DNA of 32,000 nt from Mycobacterium phage Rosebush: the sequence record NC_004684.1, one strand, 5' to 3'. The first letter of the stretch is position 1; every line of letters starts with the position of its first letter. A program made the translations under genes and the position numbers. Of the stretch, positions 7,484 to 16,252 are shown in pieces. The notes beneath the pieces are model-generated. The model was not told where the DNA came from. It did not search any database and worked only from the letters and a program-made list of their open reading frames with translations.

Positions 7484-7818
7484 CCATCGACGTTTTGGCC
7501 TGGCTGGTTGTCTACGCGCTGGCCGCCGCGCGCGTGACCCGACTGATCAACTTCGACGCGGTGCTGGACCGGCCCCGGGTGGCGCTGGTGCGGCTGGTGC
7601 GCGGCAACCCGGTGGTCGTGTACTTCATCCGGTGCCCGTGGTGCGTCAGCATCTGGGTCACGCTCCCAACGGCGTGGATCCCGCTCTGGCATTGGGACAA
7701 CCGGGCATTCCAGGCCGTCGCCGTGGCGCTGGCCGTGAGCCACCTGATCGGTATCGCCGCGCCGCTGTCGTCCGACGACGACAGCGACGTGGAGGTCGCT
7801 GACGATGACGAGCTGTAA
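7480..7818 (+). CDS. DUF1360-like small membrane protein
   Basis: VLAWLVVYALAAARVTRLINFDAVLDRPR...VVYFIRCPWCVSIWVTLPTAW...VAVALAVSHLIGIAA. Confidence 0.78.
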   Translation: MTIDVLAWLVVYALAAARVTRLINFDAVLDRPRVALVRLVRGNPVVVYFIRCPWCVSIWVTLPTAWIPLWHWDNRAFQAVAVALAVSHLIGIAAPLSSDDDSDVEVADDDEL

Positions 7819-7844
7819 CACCTTCGACCGCTACCGTTAGCGTC

Positions 7845-9734
7845 GTGGCACCCACCTCACTACGCATCGTTCGCCGTCCCAAGTCGGAACCGGTGAGCAC
7901 ACGTCAGCGTGCCCTGGTGGCCGCCAGCCAGCCGGTGGAGAACCCAGGCAAGGCCTTCCGCAAGGCCATGGGCAGCTCCACCCGGACGGACTGGCAGGAG
8001 GACGCCTGGAAGGCCTACGACGCGGTAGGCGAGCTGCGTTATTACGTCGGCTGGCGGTCCTCCAGCGCCAGCAGGGTGCGGCTCATTGCCAGCGCCATCG
8101 ACCCCGACACCGGCCTGCCCACCGGCAGCATTGACGAGGACGACCGCGTCGGTGCTCGGGTGCAGCAGATCGTCAACCAGATCGCCGGGGGCGCGCTGGG
8201 CCAGGCGCAGCTGATCAAGCGCGTGGTCGAGCAGCTGACCGTAGCCGGGGAGACCTGGGTGGCCATCCTGTTCACCGACAAGTCCCGCCTGGACAGCAAC
8301 GGCAACCCGGTGCCGGAGTGGTTGGCGCTGACGCCGGAAGAGGTGCGCGCCAGCGAGAAGAAAACAATCATCGAGCTGCCCACCGGCGACAAGCACGAGT
8401 TCCGCGACGGCCTCGACGGCATGTTCCGTGTGTGGAACCCGCGCGCCCGCCGGGCCAGGGAACCTGACTCCCCGGTGCGCGCCAACCTGGACAGCCTCAA
8501 AGAAATCGTCCGCACCACCAAGACCATCGCCAACGCCAGCAAGTCGCGGCTGATCGGCAACGGCGTGGTGTTCGTGCCGCACGAGATGAGCCTGCCGAGC
8601 ATGAACGCGCCGGTGGCCTCGAACAAGCCCGGTGCACCGGCACCGCCGATCCTCGGCACCCCCGCCGTACAGCAGCTCCAGGAGCTGCTGTTCCAGGTGG
8701 CGCAGACCGCCTACGACGACGAGGACTCCATGGCGGCGCTGATCCCGATGTTCGCCGCCGCGCCCGGCGAGCTGATCAAGAACGTCACGCACTTGAAGTT
8801 CGACAACCAGGTCACCGAGGTTGCCATCAAGACCCGCAACGACGCCATCGCCCGACTGGCCATGGGCCTGGACGTGTCGCCTGAGCGCCTGCTGGGACTC
8901 GGCTCCAACAGCAATCATTGGTCGGCCTGGCAGATCGGCGACGAGGATGTGCGCCTGCATATCCTGCCGCCGGTGGAGATGCTGTGCGAGGCCATCACGA
9001 ACCAGGTGCTGCGCACGGTGCTGATGCGCGAAGGCATCGACCCTAATGCGTACGTGGTGTGGCACGACGCCAGCCAGCTCACGGTGGACCCGGACAAGAC
9101 CGACGAGGCCCGTGACGCGTTCGACCGTGGGGCCATCACCGCCGAGGCCATGGTCAAGATGCTCGGCCTGGCCGACGACACCGTCTACGACTTCACCACG
9201 CCGGAAGGTTGGGCGCAGTGGGCGCGTGACCGGGTGGGCCAGGACCCGAACCTGCTGCCGACGCTGGCGGTGCTCATCCCCGAGCTGGCCGATGTCGAGT
9301 TCCCGACGCCGACGGTGGCGCTACCCCCCGCCGAGGAACAGGACGGGGACGAGGAGGCCTCCGGTGCGTCCCGGCGCGAGGAGCCGGACACCGAGGACGA
9401 CGCCGGTACCGACGACAGCGATCAGGCCAGCCTGGACAGCCGCGAGACGGCCATGGTGGAGGCCCTGGTGTTCCGGGCGCTGGAGCTGGCGGGCAAGCGC
9501 AGCCGTACCCGGTCACTCCCGTACGAGCTGCGCCAGCTCTCCGACCGCGAGCTGGTGCGCCGGTTGGAGCCGGTGCGCCGCGAACACGTGGCCGACCTGA
9601 TCCGTGGCTGGGACAGCATGCTCGAGGAGCGCGCCGTGCAGGCGCTGAACATGAACATTCCCGGCATCCGGGCGGCGGTGAAGCGCGCGGTGTACGGCGA
9701 GCTGACCAAAACCATCGACGGCGAGGTGTCCTGA
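7845..9734 (+). CDS. Portal protein
   Basis: 629 aa between terminase and MuF/capsid genes; VGELRYYVGWRSSSASRVRL, EEVRASEKKTIIELPTGDKHEF, AIARLAMGLDVSPERLLGLGSNSNHWSAWQI. Confidence 0.9.
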   Translation: MAPTSLRIVRRPKSEPVSTRQRALVAASQPVENPGKAFRKAMGSSTRTDWQEDAWKAYDAVGELRYYVGWRSSSASRVRLIASAIDPDTGLPTGSIDEDDRVGARVQQIVNQIAGGALGQAQLIKRVVEQLTVAGETWVAILFTDKSRLDSNGNPVPEWLALTPEEVRASEKKTIIELPTGDKHEFRDGLDGMFRVWNPRARRAREPDSPVRANLDSLKEIVRTTKTIANASKSRLIGNGVVFVPHEMSLPSMNAPVASNKPGAPAPPILGTPAVQQLQELLFQVAQTAYDDEDSMAALIPMFAAAPGELIKNVTHLKFDNQVTEVAIKTRNDAIARLAMGLDVSPERLLGLGSNSNHWSAWQIGDEDVRLHILPPVEMLCEAITNQVLRTVLMREGIDPNAYVVWHDASQLTVDPDKTDEARDAFDRGAITAEAMVKMLGLADDTVYDFTTPEGWAQWARDRVGQDPNLLPTLAVLIPELADVEFPTPTVALPPAEEQDGDEEASGASRREEPDTEDDAGTDDSDQASLDSRETAMVEALVFRALELAGKRSRTRSLPYELRQLSDRELVRRLEPVRREHVADLIRGWDSMLEERAVQALNMNIPGIRAAVKRAVYGELTKTIDGEVS

Positions 9735-12181
9735 TGTGGCCGCTACCCGGTGAGTCCATCGACCGCGACATCGCGTTCGAGGCCTGCGTGGAAGACCTCT
9801 ACGCCGAGGCCCTGCGCCGGTGGCACCCGACGCTCAAGGCCACCGTCTTGCCGTCGATCACCGCCGCCGGTGAGCTGCCGCCGGATCCCGACGCCGCGCA
9901 GGAGCAGGCCGCCGACGAGTGGTCCGGGCTGACCGAGGCGGTGATTGTGGCCGGGCTGACCATGCTCTGGGTCGCCACGGTCATGGAGGCCTTCGACGCG
10001 CTCGGCATCCCGTTGCCGGAACTGCCGGACCTGCCGCGCGCCGACCGGGAGCGCATCATCGCCACGCGTGAGCCGTGGTTTGACGACACCCCCGTGGTGC
10101 GCCGGGTGCTCAGCCACACCGGCGACAAGCGCGTGGACCTGGAGAACGCCGCTGACCTCGTGCTCAGCCAGCCGCCGCTGGCCACCGCGCTCGAGGAGTT
10201 CCAGACCGCCCAGCGCCAGCGAGCGCTGGAGGTGCCTGCCCAGGTGCGCGAGCAGCTGGCCGTGCGCGTGGAGCGGGCCAACCAACTGGCCAGCGACGCC
10301 GGTGTCGCGCCAGAGGTCGCCCGCACCGATGTGCGCGCCGCAACGCAGGCCGCCATCGACCCCGCCGGGGAGGACATGCGCGAGATCGCGCGCACCGCCG
10401 GGTACCAGGCCGCCAGCGTGCAGAACCACGCCATCCTGACCACCGCCTTGCAGTCAGAGGAAGAAGGCCTCCAGAAGTGCTGGATCGCCACTATCGACGG
10501 CAAGACCCGGCCGACGCACTGGGCCGCCGACGGTCAGCGCGCACCGCTCGCCGGTAGCTTCATCGTCGGCGGGGAGGCCCTGGCGTTCCCCGCCGATCCG
10601 GCTGGTTCGGCGCGCGAGGTGCGCAACTGCCGTTGCCGTATGGGCGTGCTGGCCGAGGACGAGGAGCTGCCCAGTGAGGTCGACCGGCACACCGAACGCC
10701 TCAACGGTCGGGACGCGGTGGCTCGCAACCGGCAGGGCAGCCAGGCCGACGAGATCGAGCGGCGCAAGCGAGCAGGCAACGTGCGTGCCCGCGACACCCG
10801 CGACGGCGTCGGCACCGTAGCGGCATCCGGCGGCTGGGCCGCACCGAGTGAGCAGGAGATGGCAATGGCAGACGACAGCGATACCGGCGAGACCTTCCGC
10901 ACGTTCACCGACGCGGTGATCGCGCTGGTCGGTGAACCCACCAGCGACGGGCGCATGCTCAGCCGCGACATCGACTTGTCGATGCGCACCTTTCCGCACC
11001 CGCTGATGTGGCAGGAGCAGACCGACCACGGACACGGCGGCAGTTACGTCATCGGCGTGGTGGAGGACGCCCGTCTGGAGGACGGCAAGGTGCTCGGTTC
11101 GGGCTACCTGCTCAACAACGAGCACGCCGACCAGGCCTATGACCTGTTGATCCACAAGGTGGTCGCGCCGTCGGTGGACCTGGCCGCCAGCGAGTGGGTC
11201 ATGACCGACCGGGACGAGAACCCGGTTGAGTACGACGATTACATGGAGTCCATCGAAAACGGCGACCCCATCGAGCTGTTCAGCACGGTGATGAGCGCGG
11301 AGCTGATCGGCACCACGCTGGTGGCCACCGCTGCCTTTGGCGACACGTACCTGACACTCAACCCCGAGCGCGAGACCCGCGAGGTGCCGGTGGTGGCGTC
11401 CATCGTGGCCTCGTTCACGCCGACCACCTACCCGGCCGCCCACTTCGCCAACCCGGAGCTGACCGGGCCGACGCGCACCACGGTCACCGAGGACGGCCGG
11501 GTGTTCGGGCACATCGCCTGCTGGGACTCCCGGCACCGCTCGGTGGGCCTGGGCCACATCGACCCGCCCCGCAACCACAGCGGCTACCGCGAGTTCCACA
11601 CCAGCCCGCCGGTGCGCCTGGACGACGGCACCGAGCTGGCCGTCGGCCGCCTGACCGTCGGCATCGGCCACGCCAGCACGGCGGCCAACGTGACCGCCGC
11701 GCAAGCAGCTGCGCACTACGACAACGCTGACGCCTGCTGGGCGTTGGTCCGGGTAGGCGAGGACGCCTATGGCATCTGGTTCTCCGGTGTGGTGGCCCCG
11801 TGGGCCGACCAGGCCACCGTGGAGAAGGGCGCGAGCGCGCCGCTGTCCGGCGACTGGCGCGACTTCGGCAACGGGTACGAACTCGTGGCGGCGCTGGCGG
11901 TGAACACACCGGGATTCAACGTGCGCGGCACCACCGACAGCCAGGGCCGTCCGCTGGCCATGGTCGCCAGCCTGGCACCTGCGGCGCACACCGCGACCGG
12001 CGGCACCGACGGCATGACCCCGCAGGACTTCGCGGCGGCGGTGGCCAAGGCCATGCTCGACCAGCAGGAGGCGGCTCGCCTGGCCGCCGAGCGCGACGAG
12101 GTGCTGGCCCGCGCGGCGGCCATCACGCAACCCCCGACCCCGGCTGAGGAGATCAGCCGACTGCTGGAAGGACGTGGCTAA
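9734..12181 (+). CDS. MuF-like minor head protein fused to a capsid maturation protease-like domain
   Basis: MuF-like HAILTTALQSEEEGLQKCWIATIDGKTRPTHWAADGQ...REVRNCRCRMG, followed by a protease-like region GEPTSDGRMLSRDIDLSMRTFPHPLMWQEQTDHGHGGSYVIGVVEDA. Confidence 0.82.
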   Translation: MWPLPGESIDRDIAFEACVEDLYAEALRRWHPTLKATVLPSITAAGELPPDPDAAQEQAADEWSGLTEAVIVAGLTMLWVATVMEAFDALGIPLPELPDLPRADRERIIATREPWFDDTPVVRRVLSHTGDKRVDLENAADLVLSQPPLATALEEFQTAQRQRALEVPAQVREQLAVRVERANQLASDAGVAPEVARTDVRAATQAAIDPAGEDMREIARTAGYQAASVQNHAILTTALQSEEEGLQKCWIATIDGKTRPTHWAADGQRAPLAGSFIVGGEALAFPADPAGSAREVRNCRCRMGVLAEDEELPSEVDRHTERLNGRDAVARNRQGSQADEIERRKRAGNVRARDTRDGVGTVAASGGWAAPSEQEMAMADDSDTGETFRTFTDAVIALVGEPTSDGRMLSRDIDLSMRTFPHPLMWQEQTDHGHGGSYVIGVVEDARLEDGKVLGSGYLLNNEHADQAYDLLIHKVVAPSVDLAASEWVMTDRDENPVEYDDYMESIENGDPIELFSTVMSAELIGTTLVATAAFGDTYLTLNPERETREVPVVASIVASFTPTTYPAAHFANPELTGPTRTTVTEDGRVFGHIACWDSRHRSVGLGHIDPPRNHSGYREFHTSPPVRLDDGTELAVGRLTVGIGHASTAANVTAAQAAAHYDNADACWALVRVGEDAYGIWFSGVVAPWADQATVEKGASAPLSGDWRDFGNGYELVAALAVNTPGFNVRGTTDSQGRPLAMVASLAPAAHTATGGTDGMTPQDFAAAVAKAMLDQQEAARLAAERDEVLARAAAITQPPTPAEEISRLLEGRG

Positions 12182-12354
12182 TGGCGTGTGGGTGCCGTAA
12201 GAAATCGGCTGCCAGTCCCAGTTCCAGCATCACCGGGTTCCGGTACGTGCCGCCCGACGGCGGCGATCCGGTCACGTACATGACCATCATCGAGGCCCGT
12301 GCTGCGCAGCGCGCCAACGGTGGAGGTACGATCAAAACCCTGCGCTCGGCGTAA
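12181..12354 (+). CDS. 57-aa conserved-type phage protein (MACGCRKK..., resembles the DUF7196 class)
   Basis: ATG 12181 overlaps the upstream TAA; translation MACGCRKKSAASPSSSITGFRYVPPDGGDPVTYMTIIEARAAQRANGGGTIKTLRSA ends at TAA 12352-12354. Below the ORF track size cut-off. Confidence 0.8.
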   Translation: MACGCRKKSAASPSSSITGFRYVPPDGGDPVTYMTIIEARAAQRANGGGTIKTLRSA

Positions 12355-12357
12355 CAA

Positions 12358-12402
12358 ACAACACCGCCCCCGGTCTAACTGGCTTACCGGGGGCGGTGTT
12401 GT
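12358..12402. terminator. Strong inverted-repeat terminator upstream of the capsid gene
   Basis: Perfect 17-bp stem ACAACACCGCCCCCGGT / ACCGGGGGCGGTGTTGT with an 11-nt loop, immediately after the stop codon at 12354. Confidence 0.85.
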
Positions 12403-12432
12403 GTCTGCGCTCGGTGGTGCACGGTCGCCGTT

Positions 12433-12438
12433 TAGTGT
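12433..12438 (+). promoter_or_regulatory. Candidate -10 hexamer (TAGTGT) for the capsid transcript
   Basis: TAGTGT in a non-coding gap just downstream of the terminator; same hexamer occurs upstream of the major tail gene (17621-17626). No convincing -35. Confidence 0.35.
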
Positions 12439-12527
12439 TCGACCGCAGAGAGCGACCGTCTGGCTGCGGGCCGGGGAGCAATCGACCGAGGTACTGCTGA
12501 GAGCTACACCGAGACAGGAGTTGAGCA

Positions 12528-14555
12528 GTGTTCGTACTGCCCGATGAGCTGCCCACCGACATCGACGCGCTCCAGGCGCTCGCACGTCAGGCGCAGGCGG
12601 CTATCAACGTCATTCAGGCCCGCCACGCCGCGCACCTTGCGGGCACCGGCGAGGAACTGACCCCCGACGATGTGCGCGAGCTGCGCTCGCTGGTGGAGGC
12701 CGACGAGGCCATTTCCGCTGCCATCGCAGAAGCCACGCCAGAGGCCGTGGACCAGGCCGAGGTCGACGCCCTCTTGGCCCGCGCGGCTGCGCCTGCGGCC
12801 AACGAGGACAACGGCACCCCCGCCGACGACGCGCCCGAGGACGGCGGCTCTGCTGCCGACGTGGTCGCGGAGGCCGAGGCCGCCACCGCCGAGGCCGCCG
12901 CCGGGGAGCCTGCGCTCGCCGCCAGCGGTGCCGGTGCGCCGTCGGCCAACTTCGCCGCCGTCGGCACCCCCGGTGCTCCCGCCGACGCGGCGGCAGGCAA
13001 CACCGAGCGCCGGGCCGGGTGGATTATGTCCCCCGACGCGCCCGGTTACGTCGCCGGGCCGGTCGGCTTCCGCGAGATCGCGCTGGGCATCGACTCGGTG
13101 CGCCCCGGTTCGCGCGGTGCACGCCGCCCCACCGGCCAGCGCGGCAGCTTCTCCACGCAGCGCCTCGCGTCGCTGACGCGTGACGCGCACCTGGTCCAGG
13201 ACAGCCACGACCTGGTGGCTGAAATCGAGCGGGCGACCAGCCAGATCAATGGCGGGGAGTTCCGTGGCCAGGCCGTGACCGCCAGCGCGCTGGTGGCCGC
13301 CGGTGGCTGGTGCGCGCCGTCGGAGCAGCTGTACGACTTCTGCGACGTGCCGGACCCGACCGACCTGATCAGCCTCCCGGAAATCACCATCCGACGTGGT
13401 GGTGTCCGCTGGCCGATTGAGCCGGACGTGTCGGCCCTGCTCACCGACTTCGCGTTCCAGTTCTTCTTCACGGAGCAGCAGCTGGAGGCCGAGGACGGCA
13501 ACGGCAACCCCACCGCCGTCAAGGAGTGCATCGAAATCCCGTGCGCCGACGAGTTCGAGGAGCTGCGCCTGGCGGCCATCGGCTACTGCGTCGAGGCGGG
13601 CATTCTCCAGGACCAGGGCTGGCCGGAACTCACCGAGTGGTTCCTGCGCACGTTCGCCGCCGCGCACCTGCGTGGTGTCTCGTGGCGCACGGTCCAGGAC
13701 ATGGTGGCCGGTTCGGGCACGCCGAAGATCATCCCGACCCAGGCGCTGTCGGTCGGTGCCACCACCTCGGTGCTCAACGGCCTGGCGCTCCAGGCGACCA
13801 ACCTGCGCCTCCAGCGCGGTGTCGCCCGCAACGCCACCATCGAAGGCGTTGCGCCGTCGTGGTTCTCCGAGGTCATCCGCGCCGACCTGGCCATTCAGGA
13901 GGGTGTCGACACCAAGGCGATCACCGACGGCCAGATCGACAGCTGGCTGGCGGCTCGCAACATTTACCTCCAGTACGTCGCTGACTGGCAGTCGCGCGGC
14001 GCAGGCCAGCCCGGCCACCTGGACACGGTGCAGTGGCCCAACTCGGTCAACGTCCTGCTGTACCCGGCCGGTACCTGGTTCCGCGCCATGCAGAACGTGA
14101 TCGACCTGGGGGTCATGTACCCCAAGGAGCAGCTCCAGGTGAACCGGTACACCCGGTTCTTCACGGAGGACTCCATCGCGGTCGGCAAGCGTTGCGAGCA
14201 CTCGATCAACGTGCAGCTCCCGCTGTGCGTCAACGGTGCCATCGGCGAACGCATCGAGGTGTCGTGCAACGTCGATCCCGGCGACAACAGCTTCACGCTG
14301 ACCAACACCGCCGAGTCGGGCCAGTACAAGCTGAAGGTCGGTGGCAAGACCACCGCTGACATCGCGTACAACGCCGACAACGCGACCATCAAGAGCGCGC
14401 TGGTGGCGCTGGACGACGGTTACTCGGCCAGCGACTTCGACGTGACCGGTACGTCGCCGAAGACGATCAAGGCTCCCAAGGAGCTGGGGTCGATCGAGGT
14501 GGTTGCCGGTACCACGCCGGTCGCCGGTGGCACGGTGACGGTGACCCTGGCCTAA
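12528..14555 (+). CDS. Major capsid protein with long Ala/Glu-rich N-terminal region and C-terminal add-on domain
   Basis: 675 aa, RBS ACAGGAG before GTG 12528. Core EIERATSQINGGEFRGQAVTASALVAAGGWCAPSEQLYDFCDV...WPNSVNVLLYPAGTWFRAMQNVIDLGVMYPKEQLQVNRYTRFFTEDSIAVGKRC. Position and size fit a capsid protein. Confidence 0.88.
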   Translation: MFVLPDELPTDIDALQALARQAQAAINVIQARHAAHLAGTGEELTPDDVRELRSLVEADEAISAAIAEATPEAVDQAEVDALLARAAAPAANEDNGTPADDAPEDGGSAADVVAEAEAATAEAAAGEPALAASGAGAPSANFAAVGTPGAPADAAAGNTERRAGWIMSPDAPGYVAGPVGFREIALGIDSVRPGSRGARRPTGQRGSFSTQRLASLTRDAHLVQDSHDLVAEIERATSQINGGEFRGQAVTASALVAAGGWCAPSEQLYDFCDVPDPTDLISLPEITIRRGGVRWPIEPDVSALLTDFAFQFFFTEQQLEAEDGNGNPTAVKECIEIPCADEFEELRLAAIGYCVEAGILQDQGWPELTEWFLRTFAAAHLRGVSWRTVQDMVAGSGTPKIIPTQALSVGATTSVLNGLALQATNLRLQRGVARNATIEGVAPSWFSEVIRADLAIQEGVDTKAITDGQIDSWLAARNIYLQYVADWQSRGAGQPGHLDTVQWPNSVNVLLYPAGTWFRAMQNVIDLGVMYPKEQLQVNRYTRFFTEDSIAVGKRCEHSINVQLPLCVNGAIGERIEVSCNVDPGDNSFTLTNTAESGQYKLKVGGKTTADIAYNADNATIKSALVALDDGYSASDFDVTGTSPKTIKAPKELGSIEVVAGTTPVAGGTVTVTLA

Positions 14556-14574
14556 CTGGCCGACCGCTACGGAC

Positions 14575-14621
14575 TAGGCGGTAGGCGTGAACACTCCGAG
14601 GCCGTTCACGCCTACCGCCTA
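14575..14621. terminator. Intergenic hairpin after the capsid gene (terminator or attenuator)
   Basis: Perfect 18-bp inverted repeat TAGGCGGTAGGCGTGAAC / GTTCACGCCTACCGCCTA with an 11-nt loop (14593-14603). Confidence 0.65.
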
Positions 14622-14648
14622 CCGTCGTCTTAGAGGAGGATCGACACC

Positions 14649-15467
14649 ATGGCGCTTGGCACCCTGACCACCGAAAGCAGTGCGCTCCCGGTTCAGTTCG
14701 ACGCACCGCTGGTCAACCCTTCGCCGCAGGGCCTGTACGGGGCCACGCAATGGTCCGAGGATGCGGGACCGTCGCGGTTCCTGATCAGCGGCGTGGACGT
14801 ACTGGCGCACAACTACGGCGGCGCGCTGTCCACCGGACTGTGGGGCGCGCCGTGGTGCGTCGCCCCCGATGACTTGACCGAAAACGACATCAAGACCGGC
14901 ACCCGTCCGCAGAACCTGGACACCTTCGTGGCCATGGTCCCGTGGGGGTTTGACGAGTGTGCGCTGACTGCGCCGAGCCGAGCCGAGGTCCGCTTGCGTG
15001 CAACGCAGAACCTGCGCCTGCGCGAGCAGGTCATGGTCGAGCGGGAGTTCGCCGACCGGCTCCTGGACGACGTGGGGACGCCGGATGAGGTCGACGGCCT
15101 TATCGGCGCGGTGGCCGCCCTGGAGGCCGACCTTGCCGTCACCGGGACGCTGGGCCTGATCCACGCCAGCGCGCAGCTGGCCGCCGCCGCCACGCACCTG
15201 GGACTGGTGCTGCGCAGCGGCAACAAACTCACCACACCGCTGGGACACCAGTGGGTGTTTGGTGGCGGTTACGTCGATGGCCTGGCCAACACCCTGGTGG
15301 CCACCAGCCCGACGTTTGGCTGGCGCGACGCGGTGGCAACCCGCGAAGCACTGGACCATACGCACAACCGGTTTGTCGCCATCGCGGAGCGCGCGCTGGT
15401 GATCGGCTACGAGGCCGCCATCGGGGCGGCCAGCATTGTTGACCCCGAACCGACTGAGGAGCCGTAA
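14649..15467 (+). CDS. Structural-module protein of unknown function
   Basis: 272-aa ORF with GAGGAGG upstream; directly follows capsid; MALGTLTTESSALPVQFDAPLVNPSPQGLYGATQWSEDAGP. Confidence 0.8.
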   Translation: MALGTLTTESSALPVQFDAPLVNPSPQGLYGATQWSEDAGPSRFLISGVDVLAHNYGGALSTGLWGAPWCVAPDDLTENDIKTGTRPQNLDTFVAMVPWGFDECALTAPSRAEVRLRATQNLRLREQVMVEREFADRLLDDVGTPDEVDGLIGAVAALEADLAVTGTLGLIHASAQLAAAATHLGLVLRSGNKLTTPLGHQWVFGGGYVDGLANTLVATSPTFGWRDAVATREALDHTHNRFVAIAERALVIGYEAAIGAASIVDPEPTEEP

Positions 15468-16216
15468 TGCCCGCAGGTATCGCCGTCGAACTCGACAACG
15501 GGTTCGCCACCCTGGAGTTCCTGGACAAGGCCGCCCGGGGCCGGGCGCTGGAGGCGCTGATCCGCGTTGGTGGACCGGCGACCATCGAGAAGCTGACCCG
15601 CGAGAAGGGGGCGCGCTCGGTGCGCTACCGGGTGCCCGAAGGCAACGCGCGCGAGGCCGGGTTGCTGGACGACTACGAGGTAGGCCTCTCCAACGTCGTG
15701 GCCAGCGGCGGCACCGACGCCACCGGCATCGTGCTCCCGGAGACACCGACCAGCAAGGGCCTCGTGCACGGCCAGCAGCTGCGCAGCGGCACCTATCGCG
15801 GCGGCGACACCGGCAACGTGCACACCACCACGCCGAGCGACCCGGTGGCGCGCGGCATCGCCACACCGACGCACGCCGAGGTCATCGAGCACGTGGCCGC
15901 CAGCGGCCCTGTGCAGCCGCAGGGCGTCCCGGCAGAGGCCTACCCGGCACCGGAGCCTGGCGGGGCCTACATCGGCATGCAGGGCCTTGGTGAGGCCGTG
16001 ACACCGGCAGAGGCCGAAACGTCCGGCTCCGGGGACGGTGGCGTGGTCGTTGACGTGCCCGGCGACGACGACATCGTGGCCAAGCAAGCGTGGCCCGCCG
16101 GTGAGCCGAACGAGGACTGGAAGCGTTCGGAGCTGGACGCCTACGCCGCCAGCATCGGCATCAACACCAAGAACCTCGACAACAAGGCCGCTGTCCTGGA
16201 CGCGCTCAAGAAATAA
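15467..16216 (+). CDS. Head-tail connector-region protein with C-terminal HeH/SAP-like helical domain
   Basis: 249 aa; TAATG overlap; C-terminus NEDWKRSELDAYAASIGINTKNLDNKAAVLDALKK. Confidence 0.75.
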   Translation: MPAGIAVELDNGFATLEFLDKAARGRALEALIRVGGPATIEKLTREKGARSVRYRVPEGNAREAGLLDDYEVGLSNVVASGGTDATGIVLPETPTSKGLVHGQQLRSGTYRGGDTGNVHTTTPSDPVARGIATPTHAEVIEHVAASGPVQPQGVPAEAYPAPEPGGAYIGMQGLGEAVTPAEAETSGSGDGGVVVDVPGDDDIVAKQAWPAGEPNEDWKRSELDAYAASIGINTKNLDNKAAVLDALKK

Positions 16217-16252
16217 CCCGGTGATGACAGTTCACGGAGGTGAGGAGGCGCG

